64,000 nt of DNA from Octopus bimaculoides. Its lineage: Eukaryota. The stretch is taken from contig NC_069002.1 of assembly GCF_001194135.2 (NCBI RefSeq), forward strand, positions 25,673,428 to 25,737,427. Direction: 5' to 3'. This document shows, piece after piece, positions 12,735-25,405 of this stretch. Every line of letters starts with the position of its first letter. Position 1 is the stretch's first letter. A program made the position numbers and the translations under genes. The notes below the pieces were generated by a model. That model searched no databases and was not told the origin of the DNA. It worked only from the letters and a program-made list of their open reading frames with translations.

Positions 12735-13160
12735 GCTGGCTGGGGCAATGATGATGATGATGGTGGTGGTGAAGGGGGTGGTGTAGATGGTGATGGTGGG
12801 GATAATAGTGGTAGTTGTAGCAGTGATGGTGGTGGTGGCAGCAGCAGTGGTGGTGGTGATGGACAAAGTGGTTGTGTGGATGGTGATGGTGATGGTGACT
12901 GTGATGGTAGTGGTGTTGGTGATGGTGGTGATAATAATGGTTGTGGTGATGGTGGTGATGGTGGTGGTGGTGGTGGTGGTGGTGGTGGTGGTGGTGGTGG
13001 TGGTGGTGGTGATGGTGGTGATCTTCATAGATTATGGTAGTGGTGACGATGGTGGTGGTGGTGTTGGGTGGTGATGGTGATGCTGTTAGTGGTGGTGGTG
13101 ATGATGGTGGTGATGGTGGTGGTGTTGGGTGGTGATGGTGATGGGTGGTGGTGACAGTGG
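12735..13160. repeat. (GGT/GAT)n low-complexity tract
   Basis: Direct inspection. Confidence 0.9.
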
Positions 13161-13238
13161 CTGTTAACATTTGTAGTGTGCTACTCTTGCTACTGGTTAT
13201 ATAGTGTCATGGACCTACTCACACTCACACACACACTT

Positions 13239-13272
<34 letters not shown>

Positions 13273-13448
13273 TGTCCTGAGCGTGACATATACAATAAAC
13301 AAAGATGCACGTATATAGACTGATAATTATATACACACAAGCACATATATCACCATCGTCATTTAGTGCCCCTTTAAAGCATATCCCATTGTGGGGCTCT
13401 GATTTGGGAGTAGCAATATTTTAAGAAGTGTATAACCATGTCTTAGCC

Positions 13449-13801
13449 CAGGGGTTCTCAATCGCAATTTATATGGCCCTTGAGGGTCCATAAAAATATT
13501 GGGGTGGTGGGGTCACGCAACAAAATAATAAATTGGGGATCTATGGTAGTATTTTAAGGGCCCTTGGAAAAATTTTGCTTTAGATGTATGTATTGGTGTG
13601 TATTGCAAGACATAGCTTGGCTTCTTTTTCTAGCATTTTACATAGTTTGACCTACACAAGTTAATGAGTGGAAAACAAAATAGGAATTTTGAAAGAAGTA
13701 TCAATACAACTAGTTTATAAACATCGAATGGTCATAGGAGTCCACCAGAATAAAATAGTAATCAAAGGGGTCCATAAATAAAGAATGGTTGAGAATCCTT
13801 G
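13449..13801. mobile_element. Non-autonomous hAT (Buster/Charlie-type) MITE
   Basis: TIRs CAGGGGTTCTCAATC and GGTTGAGAATCCTTG; perfect 8-bp TSD TCTTAGCC (13441-13448, 13802-13809) with central TA. Confidence 0.9.
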
Positions 13802-14506
13802 TCTTAGCCACTGTTTTTCCCTGGTCTACTTTAATCTGGAGTAATAGCATCTGTAGGGTTCCAGCTATGGGTTAACAAGCATATTTGATGACAATCCATC
13901 TACATGTGGAGACAAAGAAATGCTCTTGGTTGATGCCAGGGTGCACCAGGAGTGAGAGACCCTTAGCTGTTGTCACAGCATCCTTTTAGGGGAGGGACAC
14001 TTTGATATAAAACTGGCAGTTTCATGTGTTTACTGGTCCTCTCTCTTTGGCCTGTCACTAGGTACTAATCACAGATACTCCAAGATTGGTACTCCTGTTG
14101 TACAAGCATTTATCCCAGTAAGCCAATGATGTACAGATGTCTTTTTGATGGTGGCCTCCTTTATCGTGCCATCTACAGAAAATCCTAAGGCGATGAAAGA
14201 GTGGTGACATGCGTAAACCTAATGAATTGGAAGCGCACAGTAAGTTACAGCTTTTGTTTGTTCACCTATGGCTTCATTACCATGCAGATCTGCAACGGGA
14301 CTGAATAGTCATCTGAGAGGTCATGGATGGGAAGTCAGAAATGTTATGGACAATGAGGAAGTAGGAGGAGACAGCCATCATCTATGAAGACAGAGCAATT
14401 AACATATGATCATACGACCCCACTTACGTGCTTTATATATCTGCAAGTGTGTCTAGAACATTCAGTACATGTGTAGACTGTATATATACATACATACATA
14501 CATACG

Positions 14507-14542
<36 letters not shown>

Positions 14543-15358
14543 GGCACAATAAATATGCACAAGCTTATACATACATGTCATACAATAGACATGCTCTTAT
14601 ATAAAGTCACCTTATCTGTCTATGGTGTGTATAGAGCTTTGAGTCCGTATATATTCATAAATATTGACTCTATCTATCTATCTATCCACACACACACGCT
14701 CGCACACATACACACACATGCACACACTTCAAATGCACAATTAAACACACACACACACACACACACAGACACACACATGTATGCATACACACATACACAC
14801 ACACACTGAAAGCTATATAAACATATATATATATATATATATACACTCACATGCACACACACACATACAGACACACATACACACACACTGAAAGCTATAT
14901 AAACATATATATACACACACACATCCACACACACACAAACACACACAAATACACAAACACACACACACATACATGTACACACATTAAACGTATACAAAGT
15001 GCCTGTGAATCCAATAAATTGAAATCCATTTGAGAATTGCGGTTAAAATGTTTTCCTATTTTACATAAAAACAAAATATTAAAAGCTTGTTGTCAAAATA
15101 TCATTTTATTTTTACATAATTTTATTGTTTTGTGTTTCTTTTTTTTTTTTTGTATGGTAACCTCTTAAAAACCTTGGAACTAAGATGTTTTACGAAGAAA
15201 CCAGAGAGAATAGGGAAGAGAGATGGAATGTGTGTGTGTGTTGTATTTGTATGTATGTCTAAATGTGTGTTTTATATATATGTGAGTGTGTGTGTGTGTG
15301 TGTATGTATATATGGGCACATGTATTTTTGTGTATATATATATATATATATATTTTTG

Positions 15359-15417
<59 letters not shown>

Positions 15418-15532
15418 CTGTCTATGTATGTCTTTGTGTATATGTGTTTGTATATATGTTTATATGTCTGTGTGTGTATAGATATGTATGTGAGTGCATC
15501 TGTGTCTGTGTGTGATTGTACATTTGTCTGTA

Positions 15533-15594
<62 letters not shown>

Positions 15595-16189
15595 TGCCTG
15601 AAATACATTAGTATAATAAATATTCTATTTGAAAAGCTATTTAGATGTTAAACTGAAGTGAACCATGTTGGGGAGGCATGTTCCATGTTGTAGTTGGAGC
15701 CACATGACTCTGTAATGCAGGGAAATATTTCATATTCTCAACTCCATCAAATAAATGGTCCAGGCAGTTGACGGTACCTCACCTTCTCCCATCCAACCTC
15801 CCCCTCCCCCCAGTCTTCGATATATCATGGCATAAGAATGGCAACATTGCATGGTAAAGCTGTTCGTTTTATAATCAAATTGTACCGGGTCGATTCCGTT
15901 GTATGATGTCTTTGGACCTTCTAAGTTTGGTGCAGCCTTGGGATGACCAATGTCTTGGGAGAGGAATTTCTTCACTGTCGACGTCATCGTCATCATTGTT
16001 TTTGCCATCATCATTATCATCATCATTGTCATCACCATCATTATAATCATCATCGTCATCAATTATCATCTTTGCCGTCATCATTATCGTCATCATCATC
16101 ATTATCACCATCACCATTGTCATCATCATCACCATCACCATCATTATCATTGTTGTCAACATCATCATCATTTTCACTACCACCACCCC

Positions 16190-16460
16190 TCACTGGCCCC
16201 CATGCTGGCGGCACGTAAAGAGCACTATCCAAACGGGATCGATGCCAGGCCCACCTGCCTGGCTCCTGTGCTGGTGGTATGTAAAAAGCACCCACTACAC
16301 TCTCGGAGTGGTTGGCATTAGGAAGGGCATCCAGCTACAGAAACCTTGCCAAAGTAGGTTGGAGCCTGGTGCAGCCTCCTGGCTTCCCAGACCCCAGTCG
16401 AACCATCCAACCCATGCCAGCATGGAAACTGGGCGTTAAACGATGATGATGATGATGATG
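16190..16460 (+). mobile_element. Short repeat sharing the RTE 3' UTR/tail (RTE-dependent SINE or truncated LINE)
   Basis: GGTTGGCATTAGGAAGGGCATCCAGCT...CATGCCAGCATGG...GATGATG, also at about 9005-9215, 55995-56200 and at the ends of RTE copies. Confidence 0.75.
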
Positions 16461-16860
16461 TACATGTGTGTTTGTGCCTGTGTGTATGTGTGTACAGGGG
16501 CATGTATGTGTGTGTGCACGTGTATGTATGTGTGTATGTACGTTTTTGTGTGCATGTGTGTATGTGTGCGTGTTTGTGTGTGTGTATGTGCATGCATATA
16601 TGTGTGTGTATGTGTGTCTGTGCATGCATGTGTATGTGTGTGAATCCGTGTACGAGTGTGTGTGCTTGCATATATATGTGTGTGTATGTGTGTCTGTGCA
16701 TGCATGTGTATGTGTGTGAATCCGTGTACGTGTGTGTGTGTTTGCATATATGTGTGTATGTGTGTGTATGTGCATGCATGTGTGTGTGCATCTGTGTGTA
16801 TGTGTGCATCTGTGTGTTTGTGTGTGTGTGCATGTGTGTATGTGTGTATGTGCGTTCGCC
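16460..16860. repeat. (GT/GTAT)n compound microsatellite with an internal duplication
   Basis: Direct inspection. Confidence 0.85.
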
Positions 16861-17052
16861 CATGTCATTGAATTGACATCAAATGATGCTTGTAAACAAG
16901 TGTCACCCTCAAACAAACATTGTCACTCATTTCCTTCTTCCAGTTGCCCTTTCACACCACAAAGTTCATCGCCCTTAACTGCAGAAAACAGTTTTATGTC
17001 CCAATCTATCTTTTGTTGGGGAATGTCATGTTGGAAACTATTTCATGTTGAG

Positions 17053-17230
17053 TTCTATATTTAAGAGATGAGGAACTATGTACATTATTTACACTATTTA
17101 CATTTGACGGATATTTGTCCTCATCTTGTTTGTTGTTAACACAACGTTTCGGCTGATATACCCTCCAACCTTCATCAGGTGTCTTGGGGATATTTTGAAC
17201 CTGGGTTCTCATTCCTAAGGTATTTTTCAA

Positions 17231-17280
<50 letters not shown>

Positions 17281-17337
17281 TCACTGCCTGGAATCGAACT
17301 TAAAATCCTGAGGTTAGTAGCCCACGCTCTTAACCAC
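17053..17337 (-). mobile_element. tRNA-headed SINE-like element with a hammerhead-containing 3' region
   Basis: Minus strand GTGGTTAAGAGCGTGGGCTACTAAC...GTTCGATTCC (A/B boxes), then (TAA)n spacer, then body with CTGATGA...GAAAC. Confidence 0.75.
17138..17183 (-). ncRNA. Minimal type I hammerhead ribozyme motif (Penelope-type)
   Basis: GACAC-CUGAUGA-A-GGUUG(loop)CAGCC-GAAA-CG-UU-GUGUU: stem I GACAC/GUGUU, 5-bp stem II, loopless palindromic ACGU stem III. Confidence 0.65.
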
Positions 17338-17479
17338 NNNNNNNNNNNNNNNNNNNNNNNNNNNNNNNNNNNNNNNNNNNNNNNNNNNNNNNNNNNNNNN
17401 NNNNNNNNNNNNNNNNNNNNNNNNNNNNNNNNNNNNNNNNNNNNNNNNNNNNNNNNNNNNNNNNNNNNNNNNNNNNNNN

Positions 17480-17491
17480 GGCAGTGACCTG

Positions 17492-17525
<34 letters not shown>

Positions 17526-17672
17526 TCGAAAAATACCTTAGGAATGAGAACCCAGGTTCAAAATTTCCCCAAGACACCTGAAAAAGGCTGGAGGGTATAT
17601 CAACCAAAACATGTTAACAACAAACAAGATGAGGACAAATATCCGTCAAATGTAAATAATGTAAATAATGTA
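17480..17672 (+). mobile_element. Second, inverted copy of the same element; hammerhead core decayed
   Basis: Reverse-complement match to about 17080-17290; core reads CTGAAAA...CCAAAAC. Confidence 0.8.
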
Positions 17673-18059
17673 TTTCATGTTGAGACATGTCAAGCTTATT
17701 ATGGCAACATGACTGGCAGAAAATACCAATTCTACTTTTTGGTCAATATTTAACATTAATTTCACTGTGGAAGGGTTAAAACGGTTTGTGACCCTGGGGA
17801 AATGTTACACTGATTTCAAATCTGTCTTGAGTTTATATTGTATTTTAATATTTAATTATTTTGTTTTTTGTATTCTAGAATGTCTGATTTTCGAAATATC
17901 ACAGTTTTGTGTTTGGTAAGTTTTATCAATACTTAATGTGTATCAAATAACATTTTATACAAAATTTCTTTATTGTTTTGACCAAAAAATATAACATCCA
18001 ATTGATTTGTTCATACATAATTAATTTGAGTCTCAGTTTTGTATCAAAGATTCAATTAA

Positions 18060-19300
18060 TTATATTGTTTTATTGAAGAATATAAGTTTTGGAAAGAGTT
18101 TCTGAAAGGGATTTTTTTTCTTATGAATTTGGCTTTTGTGGTATAGCACCCTACAACAGTCAACCACGTCTTCACTACAAAATCCCTGGTGGTGTTATGT
18201 TTCAATTGTATGGAACCATTCTTGATGGAATCATTCTCCTTGGCCATTTCTTGCCATACCAAGATTTTCACGAAAGAAATCAAGATGGCAAAGTAGGAAA
18301 TATATTTTCAATATTCCACAAATTGTTTCTTCATAGGCTTCGAGAAGGTTTTCAACTGTGTTACCTTTGTATGCAGAGGATTTATTGCTATCCAGAAAGA
18401 TTTTCATGGCTATTTAAAAGCCTTACCACACTTTTAGTTCCAACCATGTCAAAGGTTTGTTCAATTTTATATCATTTAAAACTTCCCCTAATTTGTGGTT
18501 CCACATGAATTCCATCCTCTAATTTTTTTTTTTTTGGACACACATATTGGAATCTTTTTAAGAAGATTCTAGAATCCTCTTGAAATGATTTTATAGTTTG
18601 CTTTAAAAAATTTTTCTTTTTATGAAACCAAGTTTAATAAGAGGAAGAGGTAAGAATTTTTTCGAGCCTTGTGCCTAGAGTAGAAAAGAATAAGAGGAAG
18701 CGGTAAGAATTATTTTCTTGAGATTAAACTAAAGACACATATTGGACACTGGACATTTCTGGGGCTTATGCCAACCTTAGTAGCCTGTCACATTTAATAC
18801 AGCAATCTATTATAGCGTGACTGTCCCACAAACATAAGAAACAATATTGTTTTGTAATTCCTGCTTGCATGCCCATTAGCAGATTAATAACTCTGAGATT
18901 TCCACAGAGATTCCATTGAGGAATACAGTAATGAATGGCATCAAGCAACATAGCTATGTTGCCTAAAATGTCTTTTTGGTGAACAAAATGAAGAGGAGGA
19001 CAGAGGCAGTTTGTCTTTACATTCCTGTCTTATAGTAGAACTTCTTTCGAGCTTCTTCATAATGAATCAGCTGCTACATGTGTCTGGGACGTGTTTGGGG
19101 AGAATTCTTCGATGTCTTCGTAGTAACAGAATGGACCGTCGACTGTTAATGGTGCAGCTGAACTAGGATTTCACTTTTAATAACAACTCCTGTGCATATA
19201 TTTTCCAGATTTCAGACAAGAAACTCCGACTTTTCTTTACGTAATGATCAGCTTCTGACAAAGTTAGTGAAACACTCTTCAATAAACAACTTTGTCTATA
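18060..19300 (-). pseudogene. Decayed Chapaev3-like (CMC superfamily) transposase
   Basis: Minus frames give DSL*RSSKEVLL, WNLCGNLRVINLLMGMQAGITKQYCFLCLWDS, GIHVEPQIR and LKIYFLLCHLDFFRENLG...GE*FHQ, i.e. the C(2)C, H(3-4)H and GERFHQ-like motifs; many stops and frameshifts. Confidence 0.8.
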
Positions 19301-19394
19301 GACACTTCCACCCTCATTGTCGTCGTCATCATCATCGTCACTGCCACCACCACCATCCATCATCATCCATCATCATCCATCATCAATCATCATC

Positions 19395-19459
<65 letters not shown>

Positions 19460-19672
19460 ACGAATGCCTGTTTTCCCAAAGTTCAGTCCTTCCACTAATG
19501 GCACCTCCATCACTGCATGTTTCAACATCCATGGAAGCTAGTCTACCATTTGGAAGAACTGGAATGGCCATTGTTTCATTATGTCGGATTGGTCTGAATT
19601 CTTGGAGGGAACAGTTTGATAAACAGGGTTGTGTTTGTTCTCTGTGGCAACCACAGTTCTGTTAGCTCTACA
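19460..19672 (-). mobile_element. Probable RTE LINE 3' end with (TGA)n tail
   Basis: Unique sequence ending directly in a long TGA run on the minus strand; weak RTE C-terminal resemblance. Confidence 0.35.
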
Positions 19673-20494
19673 ANNNNNNNNNNNNNNNNNNNNNNNNNNN
19701 NNNNNNNNNNNNNNNNNNNNNNNNNNNNNNNNNNNNNNNNNNNNNNNNNNNNNNNNNNNNNNNNNNNNNNNNNNNNNNNNNNNNNNNNNNNNNNNNNNNN
19801 NNNNNNNNNNNNNNNNNNNNNNNNNNNNNNNNNNNNNNNNNNNNNNNNNNNNNNNNNNNNNNNNNNNNNNNNNNNNNNNNNNNNNNNNNNNNNNNNNNNN
19901 NNNNNNNNNNNNNNNNNNNNNNNNNNNNNNNNNNNNNNNNNNNNNNNNNNNNNNNNNNNNNNNNNNNNNNNNNNNNNNNNNNNNNNNNNNNNNNNNNNNN
20001 NNNNNNNNNNNNNNNNNNNNNNNNNNNNNNNNNNNNNNNNNNNNNNNNNNNNNNNNNNNNNNNNNNNNNNNNNNNNNNNNNNNNNNNNNNNNNNNNNNNN
20101 NNNNNNNNNNNNNNNNNNNNNNNNNNNNNNNNNNNNNNNNNNNNNNNNNNNNNNNNNNNNNNNNNNNNNNNNNNNNNNNNNNNNNNNNNNNNNNNNNNNN
20201 NNNNNNNNNNNNNNNNNNNNNNNNNNNNNNNNNNNNNNNNNNNNNNNNNNNNNNNNNNNNNNNNNNNNNNNNNNNNNNNNNNNNNNNNNNNNNNNNNNNN
20301 NNNNNNNNNNNNNNNNNNNNNNNNNNNNNNNNNNNNNNNNNNNNNNNNNNNNNNNNNNNNNNNNNNNNNNNNNNNNNNNNNNNNNNNNNNNNNNNNNNNN
20401 NNNNNNNNNNNNNNNNNNNNNNNNNNNNNNNNNNNNNNNNNNNNNNNNNNNNNNNNNNNNNNNNGCATGCTAACGATTCTGCCAGCTCGCTGCC

Positions 20495-20564
<70 letters not shown>

Positions 20565-20565
<1 letters not shown>

Positions 20566-20780
20566 CCTTTCTACAAGAAGCACAAGGCCTGAAATTTTTG
20601 GGGAGGAGTTAAGTCAATTACATTGACCCCAGTGTTTCACTGGTACTTAAATTATTGGTCCCGGAAAGGATGAAAGGCAAATCCAGCCGCAGCAGAATTT
20701 GAACCCAAAACGTAAAAATGGACAAACTACTAAGCATTTTGTTCGATGTGCTTTCGATTCCACTCATTCACAGCCTTTGT
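20565..20780 (-). mobile_element. SINE family B copy in (TAA)n
   Basis: Family B consensus, reverse strand. Confidence 0.75.
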
Positions 20781-21179
20781 GTTAATGATTGGTTTGTTCT
20801 CTCCAAAACACGATTCTAGCAAAAGGTATTGATCCAGTGAGACTGCAAAGAATCGTTGCAATAATTAAAGTTAATCTAAATATTAGCTTGGATCTCTTAA
20901 CACATCATTAAACTTGATAACTTAGTTACAAAATTTTAAATATTAAAATTAGTTCCTCTGAAGTGTTCTTGTAATAACGACCAAAGATATAACCACAAAG
21001 GAGTGCAGTTGTTGTTGTTGCTGTTGTTGTTGTTTTTGTTGTGTTGTTGTTTAGCTCAAAAGTCAACCTGACAGAGCAGATCTACGACCCCAAAGCATTT
21101 CAGCTGTGACAGTCCTAGCTTTTTTGTGGGGTTATACAGGACTTTAGGCATCTAGGGTACCTAGATTGACTTCTGTGTG

Positions 21180-21365
21180 AGGTAGCAAGCTGGCAAAAAT
21201 GTTAGCACGCCGGGCGAAATGCTTAGTAATATTTCGTCTGTCTTTAGGTTCTGAGTTCAAATTCTGCCATGATTGACTTTGCCTTTCATCCTTTCGGGGT
21301 CGATAAATTAAGTATCAGCCCCTCACTCCCCCAAAATTTTATGTCTTGTACCTAGAGTAGAACAG
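21180..21365 (+). mobile_element. SINE family B copy
   Basis: GCAAGCTGGCAAAAATGTTAGCACGCCGGGCGAAATGC...CCTTTCGGGGTCGATAAATTAAGTA. Confidence 0.8.
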
Positions 21366-21992
21366 ATTGACTTCTGAGTTCTTCTTTCTTAAGACAGTAG
21401 GGTGTTATCTGAGGAAGACATTGCTGCTATTTCTTGCAGGTCAAGCAACCATATTGAGCAGTCATGGACAAACTGCAGGACTTTCTCAATGTCAAATGCA
21501 GCAAAAAATGACCAGGAATTTTTTTTTTTTTATAGTGCAGTCATTCTTTTACATATTTCAGATATTGGGCACTGGCCATACTGGGGCACTGCCTTGAAGG
21601 GTAAAGCTGAATAAAGTGACCCCAGGATTTATTTTTTAATTTTTTAAACCTAGTACCTATTCTATTTCTCTCCTTTACTGAACTGTGAAGTTATGGGGAT
21701 GTAAACAAACCAACACTGTGGGGTGGGTGATGGTGGGGGAAAGCGCAACACACACAATGCACATGCATGCACATGCATGCATATGCACATACACATCCAC
21801 ACACACATGCTCGCATGTACACACACACATGCACATGCACACACACACACACACAGATACCCACACACGGTTGCTTGTACACACACACACACACACACAC
21901 AGCCTTCTTGCAAAAGCCAGCCCATGTCTGGTGTAGAGTGGTCCTTATTGTGTCGTAGGCTCCCTCATTGGCTTCTTGTTAACTCCTTTAAT

Positions 21993-22308
21993 GGCATGTG
22001 GTATAGTGATTAAAGAATTCAGCTCATGATCATAAAGCCGTGAGTTCAATCCCCAGCAGTGTATTGTGTCCTTGGGCAAGACACTTTATTTCCCATTGCA
22101 CCAGTCCACTCAGCTGGCAGAAATGAATTGTACCTGTAATTCACAAGGGCCAGCCTTGTCACACTCTGTGTCACGCTGAATCTCCCCGAGAACTACATTA
22201 AGGGTACATATGTCTGTGAAGTGCTCAACCAATTTATATGTTAACTTCACAAGCTGGCTGTTCCATTAATTAAACCAACTGGAACACTTTTTCTCATAAC
22301 TGACAGAA
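21993..22308 (+). mobile_element. CORE-like tRNA SINE (OR2-like), family C
   Basis: tRNA-like head then TGTGTCCTTGGGCAAGACACTTTATTT...CCAGTCCACTCAGCTGGC (CORE-like); reverse copy at 56265-56585, partial at 28911-29160. Confidence 0.7.
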
Positions 22309-23439
22309 GGTCAGGCAGGCCATTAATGGCTAAAAATGGTATAATTCATGGTAAAGGTCTATGAACAACAAAGTTACCATTAGAAGACAATTATATTTTA
22401 TCTGAACGCTTGTGGATATTTTCTTTGATTCCCATAACTTATATTCCTATTGAACCAAAATGTATTTTTGCACAATAGCATCAGATATTTCTATAATCGT
22501 GTATTTTTTTTTACTATTTTATTCTTTATGGGTTCCAGTCATGGGACACTGTTTTCATATAATGACAAAATATATCTCTAAATAGACAAGATAATTTCAT
22601 ATTCGATAATATTTTTCTCAAATATATTTCTATATTTTTATGAAATAAGATTTTTTCTCTGTAATGTCAAGATATTTTTTATGTAATAAACAATATATTT
22701 CTAGATAATAAACAAGATATATCTATAAATAAACAACATATTTTTTCGTATAATAAAAAAAAATATCTATATAACAATCAATATATTTCTCCATAATAAA
22801 TTATAGACTTCTAAATAACAAGTATCACATTTTTTTATATAATAAACATGTTACTTGTACAATAACATAAATATAATTCTAGAAATAAACAATATATTTA
22901 TAAACAATAATAGAATATACTTTTTTATACAGTTACAATATGTTTCTGAATATTAAATTTCTTATCTTTACATGTTTCAGTTGTTGAACTGTGGCCATGC
23001 TGGGGCACTACTCTGAAGGGTTTAGCTAAATAGATCCCGTTTTCTTTTTTCTTTTAAGCCTGCTTTTTATGTGGCACCAGCATCAGTGAGGTCATCGAGT
23101 ATTTTGCAAGACAGGATGCCTCAGCTGTGATGGGGTGGAGATGAAGGTGGGGGTTAGTGGTATTGGGAAAAAAGGTGGCTGCTGTGTGATGGGTGAGAGG
23201 TTAGAGTACAAGTAAAGGGACAGAAATAGGGGTCTCGCAGCAGAGGGGGATACATGGATACCTCAGTAGGAGAGAGAGAGGGAGAGAGGAGTGAGAGTGG
23301 AGGGAAAGGGGAGGGAGAGAGAAGGAGAGAGAGAGAAGGGCAGAGAGGGATGAGGTAGAGAGAGAGAGAGAAAGAGGAGAGAGAGGGAGAGGGAAAGAAA
23401 GAGAGAAAGAGAGGAGAGAGAGAAGAGAGNNNNNNNNNN

Positions 23440-23730
23440 TTGTAAGCCTAGTACTTATTCTATCGGTCTCTTTTGCTGAACCGCTACGTCATGGGGGACG
23501 TAAACACACTAACATCAGTTGTCAAGCGATGGTGGAGGGACAAACACAAACACACACACACACACACATATATATATGATGGGCTTCTTTCAGTTTCCAC
23601 CTACCAAATCTACTCACAAGGCTTTGGTCGGCCTGAGGCTATAGTAGAAGACACTTGCCTAAGGTGTCACGCAGTGGGACTGAACGTGGAACCATGTAGT
23701 TGGAAAGCAAGCTACTTACCACACAGCCAT
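23440..23730 (-). mobile_element. SINE family A copy
   Basis: Reverse complement of the 466-883 consensus. Confidence 0.85.
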
Positions 23731-24820
23731 ATGATGTATATTATGTATATTATGCTTATATACATATATTATTATTACTATTATCAGTATTATTATTAAT
23801 ATTGTTGTTGTTGTTATTTTTATTATTATCGTTATTATTATNNNNNNNNNNNNNNNNNNNNNNNNNNNNNNNNNNNNNNNNNNNNNNNNNNNNNNNNNNN
23901 NNNNNNNNNNNNNNNNNNNNNNNNNNNNNNNNNNNNNNNNNNNNNNNNNNNNNNNNNNNNNNNNNNNNNNNNNNNNNNNNNNNNNNNNNNNNNNNNNNNN
24001 NNNNNNNNNNNNNNNNNNNNNNNNNNNNNNNNNNNNNNNNNNNNNNNNNNNNNNNNNNNNNNNNNNNNNNNNNNNNNNNNNNNNNNNNNNNNNNNNNNNN
24101 NNNNNNNNNNNNNNNNNNNNNNNNNNNNNNNNNNNNNNNNNNNNNNNNNNNNNNNNNNNNNNNNNNNNNNNNNNNNNNNNNNNNNNNNNNNNNNNNNNNN
24201 NNNNNNNNNNNNNNNNNNNNNNNNNNNNNNNNNNNNNNNNNNNNNNNNNNNNNNNNNNNNNNNNNNNNNNNNNNNNNNNNNNNNNNNNNNNNNNNNNNNN
24301 NNNNNNNNNNNNNNNNNNNNNNNNNNNNNNNNNNNNNNNNNNNNNNNNNNNNNNNNNNNNNNNNNNNNNNNNNNNNNNNNNNNNNNNNNNNNNNNNNNNN
24401 NNNNNNNNNNNNNNNNNNNNNNNNNNNNNNNNNNNNNNNNNNNNNNNNNNNNNNNNNNNNNNNNNNNNNNNNNNNNNNNNNNNNNNNNNNNNNNNNNNNN
24501 NNNNNNNNNNNNNNNNNNNNNNNNNNNNNNNNNNNNNNNNNNNNNNNNNNNNNNNNNNNNNNNNNNNNNNNNNNNNNNNNNNNNNNNNNNNNNNNNNNNN
24601 NNNNNNNNNNNNNNNNNNNNNNNNNNNNNNNNNNNNNNNNNNNNNNNNNNNNNNNNNNNNNNNNNNNNNNNNNNNNNNNNNNNNNNNNNNNNNNNNNNNN
24701 NNNNNNNNNNNNNNNNNNNNNNNNNNNNNNNNNNNNNNNNNNNNNNNNNNNNNNNNNNNNNNNNNNNNNNNNNNNNNNNNNNNNNNNNNNNNNNNNNNNN
24801 NNNNNNNNNNNNNNNNNNNN

Positions 24821-25140
24821 NATATGATTTATTGTTTCTTGTCCATCGCCACATATTCTGCAGTTACTTGTTATGTTTCTTTTCATTATGTATTTTTGGT
24901 AATTTCTGGTGGGGAGGCTTTGGTCTTGTGCAGCAATTAAAAATCCTTCAGTCTCTGCTTTCAGTCCTGAGCTTCTCAACCATTGCTGAGATTTTGTTTT
25001 GTCTATTTCTTCTGCATTTAGTTTAGCCCAGTATTTGCCATGAAGAGGCTTTTCTTGCCATCGTTTTATCATGGTCCGTTGCTGTTCCAGTTTTAGTTTG
25101 GATTTCATTTGTTTTACAGTTTTTGTTATTTCTTCTTTTT
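24821..25140 (-). mobile_element. Dong/R4-clade LINE ORF fragment (CCHC region; 3' part lost in gap)
   Basis: WQEKPLHGKYW...WLRSSGLKAETEGFLIAAQDQSLPTRNY...CRICGDGQETINH. Confidence 0.9.
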
Positions 25141-25165
25141 TCTATTTCTTTTTATCATTATTATT

Positions 25166-25207
<42 letters not shown>

Positions 25208-25338
25208 ATTAGTATTATCATTATCATTATTATTATTATTACTATTACTGTTATTATTATTGTTGTTGTTGTTGTTATTATTATTATCATTATTATGATT
25301 ATTGTTATTATCATTATTATTAGTAGTAGTATTGTTAC

Positions 25339-25404
<66 letters not shown>

Positions 25405-25405
<1 letters not shown>

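Noticed and set aside
17281-17337. tRNA gene
   Set aside because: Only the A/B-box head of a SINE; no complete cloverleaf is visible. The same applies to the other SINE heads.
18089-18508. 139-aa plus-strand ORF with plausible splice sites
   Set aside because: It is the antisense of the Chapaev3-like transposase C-terminus.
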